From assembly GCA_035084275.1 (NCBI GenBank), contig CM068746.1:2170001-2234000 (forward strand): a stretch of DNA of 64,000 bases. Reading direction: 5' to 3'. The notes beneath the pieces are model-generated. The model was not told the DNA's origin. It did not search any database and worked only from the letters and a program-made list of their open reading frames with translations. The DNA is from Hydrolagus colliei (lineage: Eukaryota). Every line of letters begins with the position of its first letter. Position 1 is the first letter of the stretch. Made by a program: the position numbers and the translations under genes. Of the stretch, positions 25,381 through 39,639 are shown piece by piece.

Positions 25381-27816
25381 CACTGTCAAAGAGAAAGGCG
25401 AGGAAATCAATCATCCATTCTGCCACCAATCTCTATTAGCTCCATTTCAATGTCCCACCCAATTCTTCCCTTCTCTCTCCTCACTTTCAAAGCCTACTAC
25501 AATGTTTACATCTCCGTCTATGCTTTCAGTCATATTTCCCCCCCTACCGCATTCTCTTTTGCATCTATCCAATTATTCCAAAGTTACATCTTTCTTTTAT
25601 ATGTTTTTAACTCCAATTTAGCCCATGTGATCCTTACAACCAAACATGTCATTCAAAGATCGTTTGGTCCAATCAAATCCTTACACTAGGGTGCCCTGTT
25701 TAGTCTTAGGAATGTGAGAGTTCCTCTGATACGAAGTCTGAAAAGTTCGATTCAACAGTTAATTGCCCTTCCTTGACACCTTCACATCATAAAAATCTTT
25801 TCAAGGTCTCATCTAAGAAGACAGCACAGCACCAAGAGTTCCAATTAATCAGGACAATGTCAGATTAACTCAAAGTCACATATTTCTGATTTTGTGACTG
25901 TTGACTTTTGGGTCTTCTTCGTTGATCAATCAGTTTCTTGCATCAACACAATGTTCCTTTGATTTACTTGAGATAATGCTGTTAAGACGCCATCCTTCCA
26001 AACAAGGAAAGGAATAACACCTATCCATCGAGTCTTCATCAACACAATCACAGAACTTAAACACAGAACGCTCACTTCATTGGGTTCACATTCATTAAGG
26101 TTAATCAAGATTGTTCCAGTTCTTACACACACCCTGGCTATCAAACCATGACTTTAACCATATTCTTACATCCCATATCCCAAGCTGCAAATAATGGCGA
26201 ATGACAAATTTATGATTGGTAGAAGAGTTAGACATATCTCTAGACTCCTGAATTGTGTAACTCTGTGTTGCATTCTTTCATGATGAAGACAGATGGAGGT
26301 GCCCCTTGATCACAGCTTGCATTTCGTATCATGTGAAAAATTGCCTGAGCAGCGAAAGCAATTACAGTATTGGTCTCTGGAACGGAAAATATTCTTTTGC
26401 CACCTGATTCCCTCTCTGAAACCTTTTGCCACGACTAGGGGCAGACAGTAATTCGAGGAAATAATTTAAAGGCAATTCAAGGAAAGACCAGAGAGAGCAA
26501 TCGGAGGGATGAAGAGAGGAAAGACAAAGTGATTGGTATGATTCCCGGCAATTGGAGGTGCAAAATAAAAAAAATAAAGCGGTTGGTTAATTGAAAGTAC
26601 CTAATAATCATTGGCTGCCTCATTCACCTACAAATCCGGTCAGTACACCTAGCAGTAAAAATCCTATTACGCGCTTTTATACTTCTCGACGATGTGATAA
26701 GACACTTTTTTTCTCAAATGAAAGGATTATTATTGGCTAAATTTGCAATCTGAATCATTTGTAGAAAAACCCTTTAATTGTTGTTCGAAATATTTCTTGC
26801 GGAAAAACGCCAGGAATCGGTGTTTACGGTGAGACAGTGATGGAGCTGATAGCCCAGAAAATATTGCAGAGGAGATTCCGTTTTTTTTTGCACACTTTTA
26901 CACCTGTGGTCCTGAAAAGAATTGAAATGTGAATCGACTGTGACAGATGGGAGGTTTCAAAATCTAAAAGGTTGACAAAGGGTGTCCAAAATAATCTGCA
27001 CGTGCTTTCATTATTGTGTCTTTCCTGGGATGTTACCATCTGTTTCACTTGAAATTTTGTTCTGCCGTATACACTCTTGCCTCCTTCTGTGGTTTTTTTT
27101 TAATGTTTACCGTATACAGAATAATAGATTCTGTTTTTAAATGCTTTCTTTACTCAGGTGTTTTTGTCTGGATGTTTTCCCAAATGCAAATCTTAAACTG
27201 CGATCACCCGAGAGTTCCTTTCTTTTCATTCCCTAAAAACGTTGTCAGTTTGGCTTCTGTGGATTCCCAGTGAAGCATGAAAGGACTCGTGATTAAACCA
27301 TTCCTGCCTTCCATCTGCATAAGGTGCCTTCAGATAACATTAAAGACTTGGTTTCACAATGTAGCCCTGCTATAGGTGATGCCTAATTAAATTTTATCAT
27401 TGATTTTGTTGGTCTCAGTCTTAACAAGACTAAATCAACTAAATGTTAAAATCTATGTAAGATACCAGAGTGTGATGAATCCTAACAGGAACAATAGGTC
27501 TCGTAGTACCACAATATTAGCAGAGCTCAAATTGGAAGAGCTAAGGTGGTTGTCTTGTGATGAACAAAATCAAATTGAGGACACTTCAGGAACATAATAC
27601 AGAGATTTATCAACGCAAAATTACGTGACTGTTGGGTGCAAAGTTTAAGCAGTTTCGTAACCGAGATTGACACTCCCAATTGAGTGCTATGGGGATATTG
27701 GAACAAAGAAATGCAGAAACAACAGACCTGTTTCATTGGTAGATATTTAAATCTGAATTCTTCACCAATTTGACATACCCACTTTATCGCTCTACCAGCC
27801 CACTAATAATAAAAAC

Positions 27817-28143
27817 TAATAATAATAATCCTTGCATTTGATATAGTGCTTTTCACATCTTATCGACGTCCCAAAGCTCTTCACAGAGTATACTGTAAAG
27901 TGAATTGACTGTCTATATTTGTGGGTGAAACGCAGCAGCCAATTGCGCACAGCAGCGTCCCCCCCCACAAACAGCCGTGGATCGAAGATGACCAATATTT
28001 ATTATTGCGGGTTGTTTTTAGACAGATTATTGTTAGGCACGTGGAGTACGGAAACTTGCCCGAGGTTTCACCCTGATTTGCCTGGAATTGAACATAGGTC
28101 TCAGGCTTGCAAGACGAATACTCTAACCACTGAGCTACAGGAG
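27817..28143 (-). mobile_element. tRNA/Deu SINE, near full length
   Basis: Head, body and (ATT)n tail all present. Confidence 0.9.
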
Positions 28144-31100
28144 TACATTTATTTCTCTTTTACCGTCCCCGTTTATTCAGCCTCTAAATCATTCCGAGGC
28201 AGAACATACCACATGACAGGTTCGGAATGGAGAAAGATACCAAGGAGATTAGAAGGGTCAGAAGTAACACAGAGTAGGATAGAATTGGGAGATTGCATCA
28301 AATAAAGACTAGAATTGGTAGGAGCCCGAGGCAGCAAAGCACAGAGGTAAGAGAGCGTGGAAGTTCAATATCGTGGAGATCTCAAAAGAGCACCAAGAAA
28401 TTGTGGGAATAGCTGCCAGAGACAGCGCAAAATTTGATCAATTAAAAACCAATCATTGACAGTTAAAGAGGTTATTTGTGAAACAGAGAGAAAAACTGAA
28501 TCATATTGGCGTTCTCACAGTAACTTCCTCTCGCTCGGATTGCTATTGTACAGATGTATTAACAGTTAAATGAATGTGAACATTTTACTATTTCTCGCTT
28601 GTAGATAATCAAACAAAGTTGTCCAAGCTACAGCATTAATATCCAAACTTTCCAAAACGGCTTAATATATAAGATCCCAGCAATCACATTTATTTGATCC
28701 TCCCAAGTTTTAAGACTGATTATTTTAGCATGTTGATGAGCACATTATTTTCAATGTATTCACACTGTAAATCCAAATTCATATCGGAAGATGTATATTA
28801 TTAATGTGTGTGCATTTGGGTCCCGATATATGAGCTAGTTTACCACTAGGTAGCGATGACGAGGTTACTGTGGTGTGTAATTTAAATTATTTTTTGATAG
28901 AGAAATCTGAATACCTAAAGAACAGTTACACCGTCATTGCAATATAGACTTAAGAAGATACAACTTTTTCCTTACAAACAACAACAACAACATTTTATTT
29001 TTAGATGTAAACATATACACAGCGCAGAAGGAGGTAATTTGAACCTTTGGGTCCTCACTAGCTCACAAAGCAAGGAGATCAATCCAACCCCAACCTTCCC
29101 TCCTCATCCCCATCACCCCTTCGAAACCCATTTGTTTCAAATGCCTATCTAGAGAATGAGGCAAATGCATTAATGTAACCCTAATTTAGAAGCCAATTTT
29201 CTGTAACTGATTTTACGAACCGGGGGATACTTACTTCAAAACTCAACAATTTCCCAGAGTCCGTGTGGTCTAAAGTGCTGCCTTGAATCCTGACCAGGTT
29301 GAATTTCTCCCGAGAAACGTACGTAATTAAATTTCAGCTGCAATTTTAAAAAAATGATACGCGAGTTTCTGAGGAAATGGGGTAGCAGAGATATTTTTAG
29401 ATTGTGCGAGCTCAGAATTAGTGGTTTCTTCAGTGACTCTGTGAAGAGGTTGGGGATATTTTGCGCAGTGCACAGTGCTGAACATGACTTGCCTGATATC
29501 TTCAAGCTCACAGCATGTCAAACCCGCCATGCCATTTAGAGTCTGTAATTGTACAGCTCGAGAGCACGTTACGTGTGAGAAACTAGTTTCATGTACATTG
29601 CTGATGTAATTACCTGACCAACCGTTGACCTGATTTGTAAGCACCCATTTCAAATTCAATCCGAACGCTTACCAGCGTACCCAAGTTACATCTTCTCGCA
29701 GGTAATTTTACTCGAGTGAAGGTATAGCTTTTAAGAATCCAATGAATGATTTATCTTCTGGTCAAACCTAAAGCGATTTAATAATCCCTCAAGGCTCATG
29801 CAGATGTATGTCAAAAGGAGGCTATTTGAAATGACATGACAATTCTGCCACGGTGATCATGTCAGAGAGAGCAGAACTGGAACTGTTGTGGAACTCCTGC
29901 TATTTTTACACATCCCAGTCACACTGTTATTCAGTCCATGCTTTACTATTACAGTATTTAGCTTAGGGCACATTCTTTACTGTCTGGTCTTGAGAAGCAT
30001 AGAGACAGAAGAACAGGTACAGGAAATTGAAACGCAGTTTGATTGCGCTTCTTTTATATTGTGTGAACACATGTCTGAAATTCCACTGAGGTTCAGCACA
30101 TTTTGTACAAAAAATTTAAAACCACGTGCAAAATTAGAGAAAATTCTTAACCTCGGTCTTAATTGGGAAACTGGTTCTCTGCAGTTCTTAATAATGAACC
30201 AGCTTTCAAATGAGGACTGAATTTAAGATCCACCTCTTCGATCCAGGCTTTGGACACCCTCATACCCCAACCCTCTCTGCCCTTCACCCCTCCTGTTCAC
30301 AAACCACTGCTCGGGTCCTGACTGACCTCCCAACCTGAAAAGCGCTACAGAAATCAAATTTGTTGTTATTCACCTATGGTGTTGAACAACCCCGTGTGGC
30401 AAAAGTGTATTTAAGAAAATACATAATATGTTAATACAACTGCCTGTAACAAAATAATCTAGATAGGTTTACGTTTTTGTTCCCGATCCTTTTTCTTTGA
30501 TAAAGCGTGGATATAAAATTAATATGGCACATGCCTCAACCATCATTATTCCACTATGTCCAACAAAAGTGCACAATACTCCATATTGTTGAAGGCATGT
30601 GTGACACCTGTTCCTTTCTAGGTCAATTTAAATTAATGGCTTGTTTTATTCATTGACATGTTTTTGAAAATATAATTTTGCAAAAATACTGCATTAAAAG
30701 AAATTAAATGCTTGGGGTGGAATGATGTCAGTGTGGAGATGAGAGAGCAGGTGAATAGGATTCAAACAGAAAAACATCCATATGTGTACCCAGAGGTTAC
30801 TGAGGTTATGAAAATTTTAAACTTAAAATACAATTGAATCCAAGGCATGTGCTAATAATTTAATTAATCAATTTTCTGGAAAATTGTGTGCGAACATTCA
30901 CTTTCATAAAGGTTGAAATGATTATTAACTAAAGTTGCCATCATTTAACTAAATGCATTTCTAATTAATTCAGCCCTAACATTTCTGGCCTGTACAGAGG
31001 TTTGATTTATTAAACCGAGTCTCCAAATCCGCCTCATTATCTGTGCTGTCTTTAGATGGATTGCACTTACTTTAATCAAATCCTCGCTGAGTCCCACAGG

Positions 31101-34004
31101 AGGCAGATGGCTATACAGAACACAACATCCTATAAGGGGTGAGTTGTTCATGGGCTGTGCTGTAATGTAGCATTCTAATCATCAAACCACTGAACACATT
31201 TCAAAATGACAATGGCTGGGTTCAGTATAAAGCAAATAGAATGATGTCCATCATTTTGTTTCTGCTTTGGCAGCAAATAAAAATCAGTTTGGAACCATGG
31301 CATCGTTCATAGATTGTAACAAGTAAAGGATTTGATAGTAACATTTAAAACGCGCGTACACTAATCATATTAAATTTGTAAGTGAATGCAGCAACCGATC
31401 TGTACATTGCAACGAATGTCCCTGGAAACTGGTATGAGGTGAATGATGATTTTTTTGTTCTCTCTCTGGGGAGGTTAATGGCCAGGAAACCTTCACTGTT
31501 TGCGAATGGTACCATGGTGAATTTAACATCCCCCTGTTGTGATGTTTCCCTATAGGTGGCATGCTGACATTCACTGTCAGTGTTTGCACATGAATAATAG
31601 CGTTTTTGAGTGGACATCAGATATAAGAGGCAGAATAGTAGTCATGGAACAGTACTCCATTAGGAGGAAAATGAGTGACAAGCCTTTGGTAGAGGAGGAT
31701 GCGATCAGCATTGCACCAACGGTATCAGGTTTAAGTCTTTTTTACTGTACTATGTATTCTCTTGCGTGTTTTTGACCAGACCACAGGTAACGCTAATTCA
31801 GAGAAGTGACTGCCTCTATAACTACAGTCACCACAAAAATTCCCGACACGATTTATCAAATGTAATCTGTGGGTTCATAAGTTTTCTTACAATTTCATAG
31901 CAGACTCCAAAAGCGAACTACGCGATTCCATGTTGTGAAGATGATCCTTTTAGGCCATAATCTGGCCTAAAATGCGAAAGGATTTATTTTGTCCTTTCTA
32001 GTGTGGAAATCCGCGGAGGATAAGACTTGCAAGTAAGACGGTTTTAAGAAGAGCTTTGCGCTGCCGGAGAAAATAATGAATACAACCTCTGTTATTATGG
32101 GAGATGATTGCTTGCATTTACTTTTACAGATTTATTATGCTTGGGGGGGTGGTGGGGGGGGGGGGAGGGGGGGGTGCTTAGATCTGCTCGATTTTGCAAA
32201 TGTCGCAAATTCCAGCAAAACGTTCGACTTACAAAGTCGACCAATTGATTATGCCTCAGTAATCTACTGGAATTCGGGAGGAAATTACCAAACGAGAGGC
32301 GATTCCACAGACACATATTACAGTACTTCGATTGTCGGAGGCATTTGACGACGTTGTAAGTAATCCTTGCGTCTGATACGGCCGCGTTCAACAGTTTGAA
32401 GGACACTCTCACGTCACACACAGATTGGAGCAGAAATATTTCACAAAACTGCCGTAAAAAGAGACCTGTTTGTGGCCAAGTTGGAAAGTTTCGATTGGGG
32501 TTGGATCAGATCGTGAAACTTCGATGCTGCCTAATCTGTTTAAACTACGCGAGGTTCCATATTTTATCGCGGTCACTTCAGATGATGTAAAGGCAGCCTT
32601 ATAGTGTTGTTGGAATATTTGACCATTCACCCCTCAGACTAGCATCAGTATCTTCAAGGGCAAAAGTGTTCCTGTATTTGCTCTTAAGTATAAATAAATG
32701 CATGAGCATCCAGATCTGCGCTTCCATCAAGCTGTAGCACATCAGTAAGAAGCTGTTTTGTTTAAGGCCAATGTTTTCAGATGTGTCGAGTCAAACCCAC
32801 AATAGGCTTTCGGAGAGATTTTATATTTTGCAAATTAAAGTTCCTTTTTTTAGGGGGGTTTGGGTTATTAATAATTCATACAGGTCTGACACTGGTCTTG
32901 TTGTGTCTCTGTTCAGGGAGGGTGACCTACCTTTGCTTGACATGCTTAAGAAGCTTCAGCAGTGAAAACATACCGGCTTCCAGTTCAGTGGCTTCAACGA
33001 ACTGAATCACTGCAGAAACTGGCTTGGCAGGTGTCAGATTACCTGTCTGTCAAACTGTCTGCTGTGTGAATTCATGTCACAAGGAGCTTGATATCTGTCA
33101 CCAAAGGTACTTGTTGAAATTACAATTGTAAATCAAACCTCTGTTGATCCCAAATTTCCTGGAAAATGTCAGGTACAAATCATATTTTTCAAGCAAATGT
33201 ATAGACACTTCTGCTACCGTGTTTCCATATCCAGAGATGTCTCACGCTTGAGACGTTGCGATAAATTTTAATGCTACAATAAATAAACTTGCTATTGGCA
33301 CTACTTTTTAAGTATTTAAGGACTGGTTTGCAAGATAATTCAGTTTAGGGATATTATATTAAATTGCATTAAAATTTATATATGGGAAGCACACACTATA
33401 CCTATTGATTGGTGTGATATGCAGGATGCGTATGGTGTATACTGATACTGTTTCCATCCTCGTTGCATTTCTACTGTGCCATTACTGAAGTGCTTTTCAC
33501 GCCAGGAAGACATCTGTCAAGTATAATGACTGTGTACTTCGTGGGTGAAAATAGTGGCCACCTTACGTTCACAAAGCGAATGATATTAGTTGGGAGATTG
33601 TCACAAAACACACACAATCATTACACTTTTTACAGTTTATTTTATTTAGTTTAATAATAATAATAATAATACTTGCATTTGATATCGTCTTATCAGGTCG
33701 GTGAGACGTAGCAAAGTACTCACAGAATGTACTGGAAAGTGGATTGACTGTATACAACAACAAAATTACATGTGTATAGTGCCTTTCACGTCGGAAGGAC
33801 GTCCCAAGACGCTTTGTGGGTCAAACTGCACTCAGCAATGTCCCACAACACAAACGGTCGTGGATTGAAAGACCACAGTTTCTTTTCAATTTAAATGTTC
33901 GGTACCAAGTAGAAGGATTATTATGGTTGTTATATATTGTTGTATCAGTCACGGGGATATGGGGTTAAGCCACCAAATCAGTTTATAGACAAAGAATAAT
34001 GATA

Positions 34005-34430
34005 AAATGATAATCCTTGCATTCGATATTTAATCACGTTGTTGTTGAAATGCCTCGAAAGGCTTCACAGGGTTTTACTGGTGGACTGACATGGCATTAA
34101 TCGGGAGGTTGAGTCAAAGTGCCTAAAATGCAGCAGCCAAATTTGTATACATCAATGTCCCACAGAGAGCTGTGAAGTGAACAACCCAATTTTATTCTGA
34201 GGGATTATTTGGCAGGATGCCGGGAGAAACTTCCTTTCTTTATTTCAAACAAACCCTTGAGCGGGGCAGACAGGATTACAGTTCAAGATCTCGTCTGCAA
34301 AAAACATCATCGCCTCCGACAGCGCAACACAATGGATGGGAGTGTCAGCGTAGACCATTGAGTTCAGACCCTTGAACCAACGAGATTCTAACTCAGAGAC
34401 GAGAATGCTTCCAACAGGGAGCCAGGCTGA
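34005..34430 (-). mobile_element. Old DeuSINE (SacSINE1-like), near full length
   Basis: Head at 34370-34430 ('ctcagagacgagaatgct'), Deu body and L2-type tail. Confidence 0.65.
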
Positions 34431-35076
34431 CATTTCCATACAATTGTTCACGCAAAGAGATAATAGTACCCTCTCTTAAACAGAATAACTTACTCGGACT
34501 TTTACACAAAGGAAACCGAAGTCATAAAAAAAAAATTGGTGTTCCGAGTTCTCGGCGTTCTTGGTACGAGCTCCCTGTGAGCTGACGGTAGCTTTCCTAG
34601 ATTTCTGATAGAATCCAACGGAAAAATCATCGATGATAATGCAGTAATAATCCTAATAAGGATTTGGTCACTCGATCCGCGACTGTTTGTGGGACGTTTG
34701 CTGTGCGCGATTGGCTGCCACATGCCGCCCACAAATTCCTGAGGTATATCTCAGCTCATGGTGCGAATAGGTGTCAAACTACACGATAAACAATCAGGAA
34801 ATTATAGAACTAAAGCCTAACAGCACTCACAATCTCTGCAATCAAATACATCTGCAATGAATGGTCATGCTCTAAACATTAGCATATCTTTGTTTGTCAG
34901 TTGCTTGTTGTGAATTTAGATTATATTTAATGGTTTTATTTCTGAAAAGCTTAACTATATTCGAGAAATTTGCAGAGATGCATGTATTCAATATATTGAA
35001 TAGTAAGTTTTACTCTATACAAACACACATATATATATATATATATATGGTATATACATACCATATATGTATATAT

Positions 35077-35419
35077 GTGGAGCTCCTGTGGCTCAGTGGT
35101 AAGAGCACTTGTCTTGAAAGCTGGGGAGACCAAGCTGGGGAGACCTGTGTTCGAATCCAGGCAGGTCAGGGTGAAACCTCAGGCAAGTTTCCTTACTCCA
35201 CACGCCTAATAATAATCCCTCCAAAAAAAACCACAATAATAAAATTGGTCATTTCAATCCATGACTGTGTGTGGGACACTGCTGTGCGCAATTGGCTGCC
35301 GCGATTCGCCCACAAATATATACAGTCAATTCACTTTACAGTATATTCTGTGAAGCGCTTTGGGACGTTGATAAGATGTGGAAAGCGCTATATCAAATGC
35401 AAGGATTATTATTATTATA
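35077..35419 (+). mobile_element. Young full-length tRNA-derived SINE with Deu remnant and L2-type tail
   Basis: A box tggctcagtgg, B box gttcgaatcc, 'gctgtgcgcaattggctgccg', 3' stem-loop and (ATT)n tail; internal 14-nt tandem duplication. Confidence 0.93.
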
Positions 35420-36431
35420 CATGTATTATAACATATATTGATTTGGAAACAGTATGCAAACACGTAGTTTTGCTGCCATTGATATACAATGACAGTCATC
35501 AAATAGATTTATTACTGATAGTGTTGTAGGATTTGGTATTAAAAGTGGTAAATCAGCTTCGGGTCAGTTGATGTGAAAGCCTTCCAAGTGCGTTTGTTGT
35601 GATTCTCAAAGCACCAGACAGCTGGTGGGTGGTGTACACAGCAGTTGTGTTTGTGGAAACTGATGGGTCTTATAAAGCAGTGAAAATGCTAATCACTATA
35701 ATTCATTAACCAGAGGACAAAAAAAAATGTATCTAGAAGATTGGCAGTGATTAAATCACATTATTAATAGAGTTACTTACAACTGTGCCAATATAAGACA
35801 CAGTACGTACATTATGAACAAATTGGAAGCTTCAAAACTAGCAGAAACATGTCATTAGAAAGAACAATTATTTCTCAGTTCGATAATTCAATGTAATTAT
35901 CGCTTTGAACATCATGATTGGCCATGGCATTAAAAACTGAATTACACAGGTTAATAAATATACTGTAATGTGACTCTACATTTAATGGTCCGTTATTAAT
36001 AGTATCATTTCAAAGTTATTAATGCGTAATTACAATTTAAATTAAGAAAACGTTCTGTACAGTTCAGAATAACAAAGGAATAATTAATTTGCATTGCAAC
36101 CAACAGCATCAGTTACAGAACTACAGTTAAATACTAACACTGAAAAATAACAGGATGGCTTTCAATTAAAGCTTTAACCACTAAATTGTTACATCGGAAC
36201 AAATAGAAAAAACTCAAATCTTATTATTGTTATTGTTTTGCGGTGTGAATTTTGTTAAAATCAAGAAGCATTTGTCCTCGATAGATTAGAAGCTTTTATA
36301 TCAACAACGACAACAACTTGTGTTTATCATTGTACTAAATTGATACCTGGATCCCCGTCAGTATTTAAAACAGTAAAAGGAATTGACAGATTAGTCAGTG
36401 GTTTCCGAACCGTGGGGCGTGCATACTGTTG

Positions 36432-36591
36432 GCTGGGTGGGGGAGGGGGGTGGGGGAGTGGGGTGGGGTGGGGGAGGGGGGTGGGAGGGGGGTGGGGGAG
36501 TGGGGTGGGGTGGGGGGTGGGGGAGTGGGGTTGGGTGGGGGGGGCACAACGAAAACTTTGCTGAGTTAGTTGGGTGGGGGGGAGGGGGGGC
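36432..36591 (+). repeat. G-rich low-complexity tract (GGGGT/GGGGA)n
   Basis: Direct reading. Confidence 0.9.
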
Positions 36592-37334
36592 GTTCAGGTT
36601 TCTCTATTAAACCCAAAACCTGCCTTCAATGTGCGTTTTTTTTTAAATTGCCACAAAACTGCTCATCGTGGACTTTCTGTTCCAAAAAGCAGATTTTCAA
36701 AGATGGTTTGCTTTGTGTTCCACCAATACCCTGCCCGCAGGCTGTTGAGATCACGAATGAGAAGAGTACTTGGCAAAGACTGTAGCTTCAGAAAGTCTAC
36801 AGGCAGCCGATATAGCACTTTGGACTGCAGCAGAGTGCAGCACTTCAGATTGCTGGGATCAAGGGAACTCCTTGATCACAGTCGCACTGATAGAGCAAAC
36901 CAACGTGCTCGGCTGAGTGCTCAGTGCTTCTTTCTGAGTACAGTAACGGTGATGGGGACATAAGAACACAGGAGCACAAGTTGACAATTCAATGTGTTGA
37001 TCTGAGTCCTGCACTGTAGGACTTTCAGAAGCTGTAACCCTGTGTTCCGGACACAAGCACCGGGATCAGACTTTCCGCAAACTAACCAGATTTCGTCGAC
37101 CCAATTTGGTGCGTTATATGTTCAGCAACGTCGGGATTTCACTGTGAACCCAGTAAAGCTTCCGGGTGAAAATATAATAATAGGTAATAATTGAGAATAA
37201 TCCTTACATTTGATGAAGCACATTTCACATCAGGGGGATGTCTAAAACTGTGTCCACGGGAAAAAATGTTTTTAGCTGTGTGTTGAAATAGGTTATTTCA
37301 ATCGCAAGCTCATCTAGAAACTCACAAGAATTTG

Positions 37335-37532
37335 TACTGATTACATAACACACCTCCAGTACTGTATTGGAGTGTTAGCCTTCCCAGTGAGGTAGCAACG
37401 TTTTGGCTGTTGAGACCCGAGGTCCAGTTTGAGAAATGTCCGCAGGACATATAAGGAATATTTTTGTTCTACTAATCGGGGTTCAAACCCCTTTGCTTTC
37501 TGACTCAGAGCCAAGAGTGTAACCAACAGACC
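37335..37532 (-). mobile_element. Old DeuSINE head fragment
   Basis: 'ttctgactcagagccaagagtg' matches the head at 6750 in antisense. Confidence 0.55.
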
Positions 37533-37620
37533 CATTTATATGGCAATTTATAATTCTATAGTATATTGAATGCATCTAAATATATATTACACATATAATA
37601 TATGCTATTTAAAATATATC

Positions 37621-37654
<34 letters not shown>

Positions 37655-38614
37655 TATTTATACAGCACAAGTAGGTAGATTGCATTAAAACCAGCAAGGG
37701 GCTTCAGTCAGTTAGATTCATCATGATCTGATGGATGATATTGTATTTTCTATTAACAGACAGGAGTGGGAAGAGATTAACAGATGCCTGGACCAATTAC
37801 GCACATTCTAAATGGCTGTGTGTGTTAATTAACACTTGTAAATGGCCAGTATTACTCGCAACACATGTTCTTCAGAGAAACCACCCATGTCAGTCTCCCT
37901 GCCAGCTATTTAATAAAAAATGAATCCATGCATTCATTATAATAGCTTTAGCAGAAATTATATGGGACAATGGTCCTAACTTGTGATTAAGTTTGTTGAT
38001 GTGACGTCTGAGACTTGACACACAAGTTTCAAACGCACAAGAGTGTCAACAGATTCCTGTTCACAGAGGAGATGTGAAATAGAGTGGGTGAGGGGCAGAT
38101 TCATCCGTCCTGCGTAAGGAGTGAAGGTTAGTCCAGTACAAAGCGAATACAATGTGCTTGTCATCACTCAAGATGAAGATGTCATCTGCCAAGATGCTAC
38201 AATAAGAAGTAGAAAATAAACCTCGGTGAGACTGTCATCACAGCATAATGGTGTCCACCCCCCTTTCTCCTCCTCCTGATGTGAAAAGCGTACGAAAGTA
38301 AGCTGCCGTTGTTCGCTAGAATCCTGACAGAACTTGAATACGTTTGAAGAACTGATGAACGAAACGAAGAATAAACCTTTAATTGAATCATACCTGGAGT
38401 CAACTTTTCTATTGTGACGACAAGACCGTCCCATTCCACGGCTGTACTGAAGGCTCTAACTCGTCAACTCTAGCCTCACCTCCGCTCACTTCCTCGAACC
38501 CTCAAAATCATTTTTTTTTAATCAGCCTGACGATCCTGGCATCTTTCACTATCAGTTTTTTTTTACACACACACGCTCCCTGAATATTCCTGCTATTTCC
38601 CCCAGCGATTGTTC

Positions 38615-38770
38615 CAAGACTGTTTGTGGGGGGAACGCTGCTGTGCGCAATTGGCTGCCGCGTTCCGCCCACAAATATACAGTCACTTTACAGTATATTC
38701 TGTGAAGCGCTTTGAGACGTCGATAAGATGTGAAAAGCGCTATATCGAATGCAAGGATTATTATTATTAT
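38615..38770 (+). mobile_element. Young SINE, 3' half
   Basis: Near-identical to 44615-44765. Confidence 0.9.
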
Positions 38771-39192
38771 CAGTTTTTGTCTCTCATTGTTCTCTTGAAA
38801 GGCACGATACACATGTAATGTTGTTGTTGTTGTTGTTTTCCCCTGTCACACACACACCAGCACAACCAGGAATAACTCTCACTGGCCAATAAATTTAGTG
38901 ATTGTGGTCACAATAAAAGAAAAGCAGCAATGAGAGGATATACCAACCTTATTGCGTTTACCCATAAACAAACAACCATCACCCTTTCTGTTCCCATTGT
39001 GACGTAAAACTACAGCAATAAAACCGACATTAAAAACGCTGAGTGGAAGCCTTCAGGATATTTCCAGAAACCGTTTGGGTCGCAATCACTTCGTAGTACA
39101 CGTGGATCCGATGCTGAGCTAGTTCAGAGACTACCCAGTTAGGATAAGGTGACACTGAAAGAGCTGCCATTTGTTGTAGTTTGCTTCTTTTT

Positions 39193-39277
39193 CCTGCCTG
39201 CCTGCCTCCCTCCCTCCCTCCCTGCCTGCCTCCCTCCCTGCCTGCCTCCCTCCCTGCCTGCCTCCCTCCCTCCCTCC
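39193..39277. repeat. (CCTG/CCTC)n tetranucleotide microsatellite
   Basis: Direct reading. Confidence 0.95.
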
Positions 39278-39639
39278 GAGTTTAGATACAAAGCATGGAC
39301 TTTAATTACTGCATACTGAATTCTTGAAAGTGCTGCGAAAAGAAAGTTGCAAATCTTAATTGAATGCCGATCTAATAATGCAAATAGGAATCTCCATTCC
39401 CTCCTACCCCTCAAGCTGTGTGAATATTAATTGTGTTTTATTCGAAAATTGACAGGTTACTAAAAAGTTTGTGCAAAATAAAACAAGGAAGCTGTGCACT
39501 GCAGGTCTCTATCATCATAACAAATTTTCTGATGAATTAAACATCTGTTTTGTAAACTAATTCTCATAACAATTTATGCACGAGGGCTACATTACATGAG
39601 GCAAATAATAATAATTCTCGCGTACGATGTAATGAAAAT

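Noticed and set aside
32917-33106. Possible exon bounded by 'ctgttcag' and 'aag/gtactt'
   Set aside because: Stops in all three frames; could be non-coding or a CNE, but unsupported
35077-35165. tRNA genes at SINE heads
   Set aside because: No acceptor-stem closure, and each continues into the SINE body
34894-35529. 211-aa ORF
   Set aside because: Read-through of an (AT)n tract and a SINE
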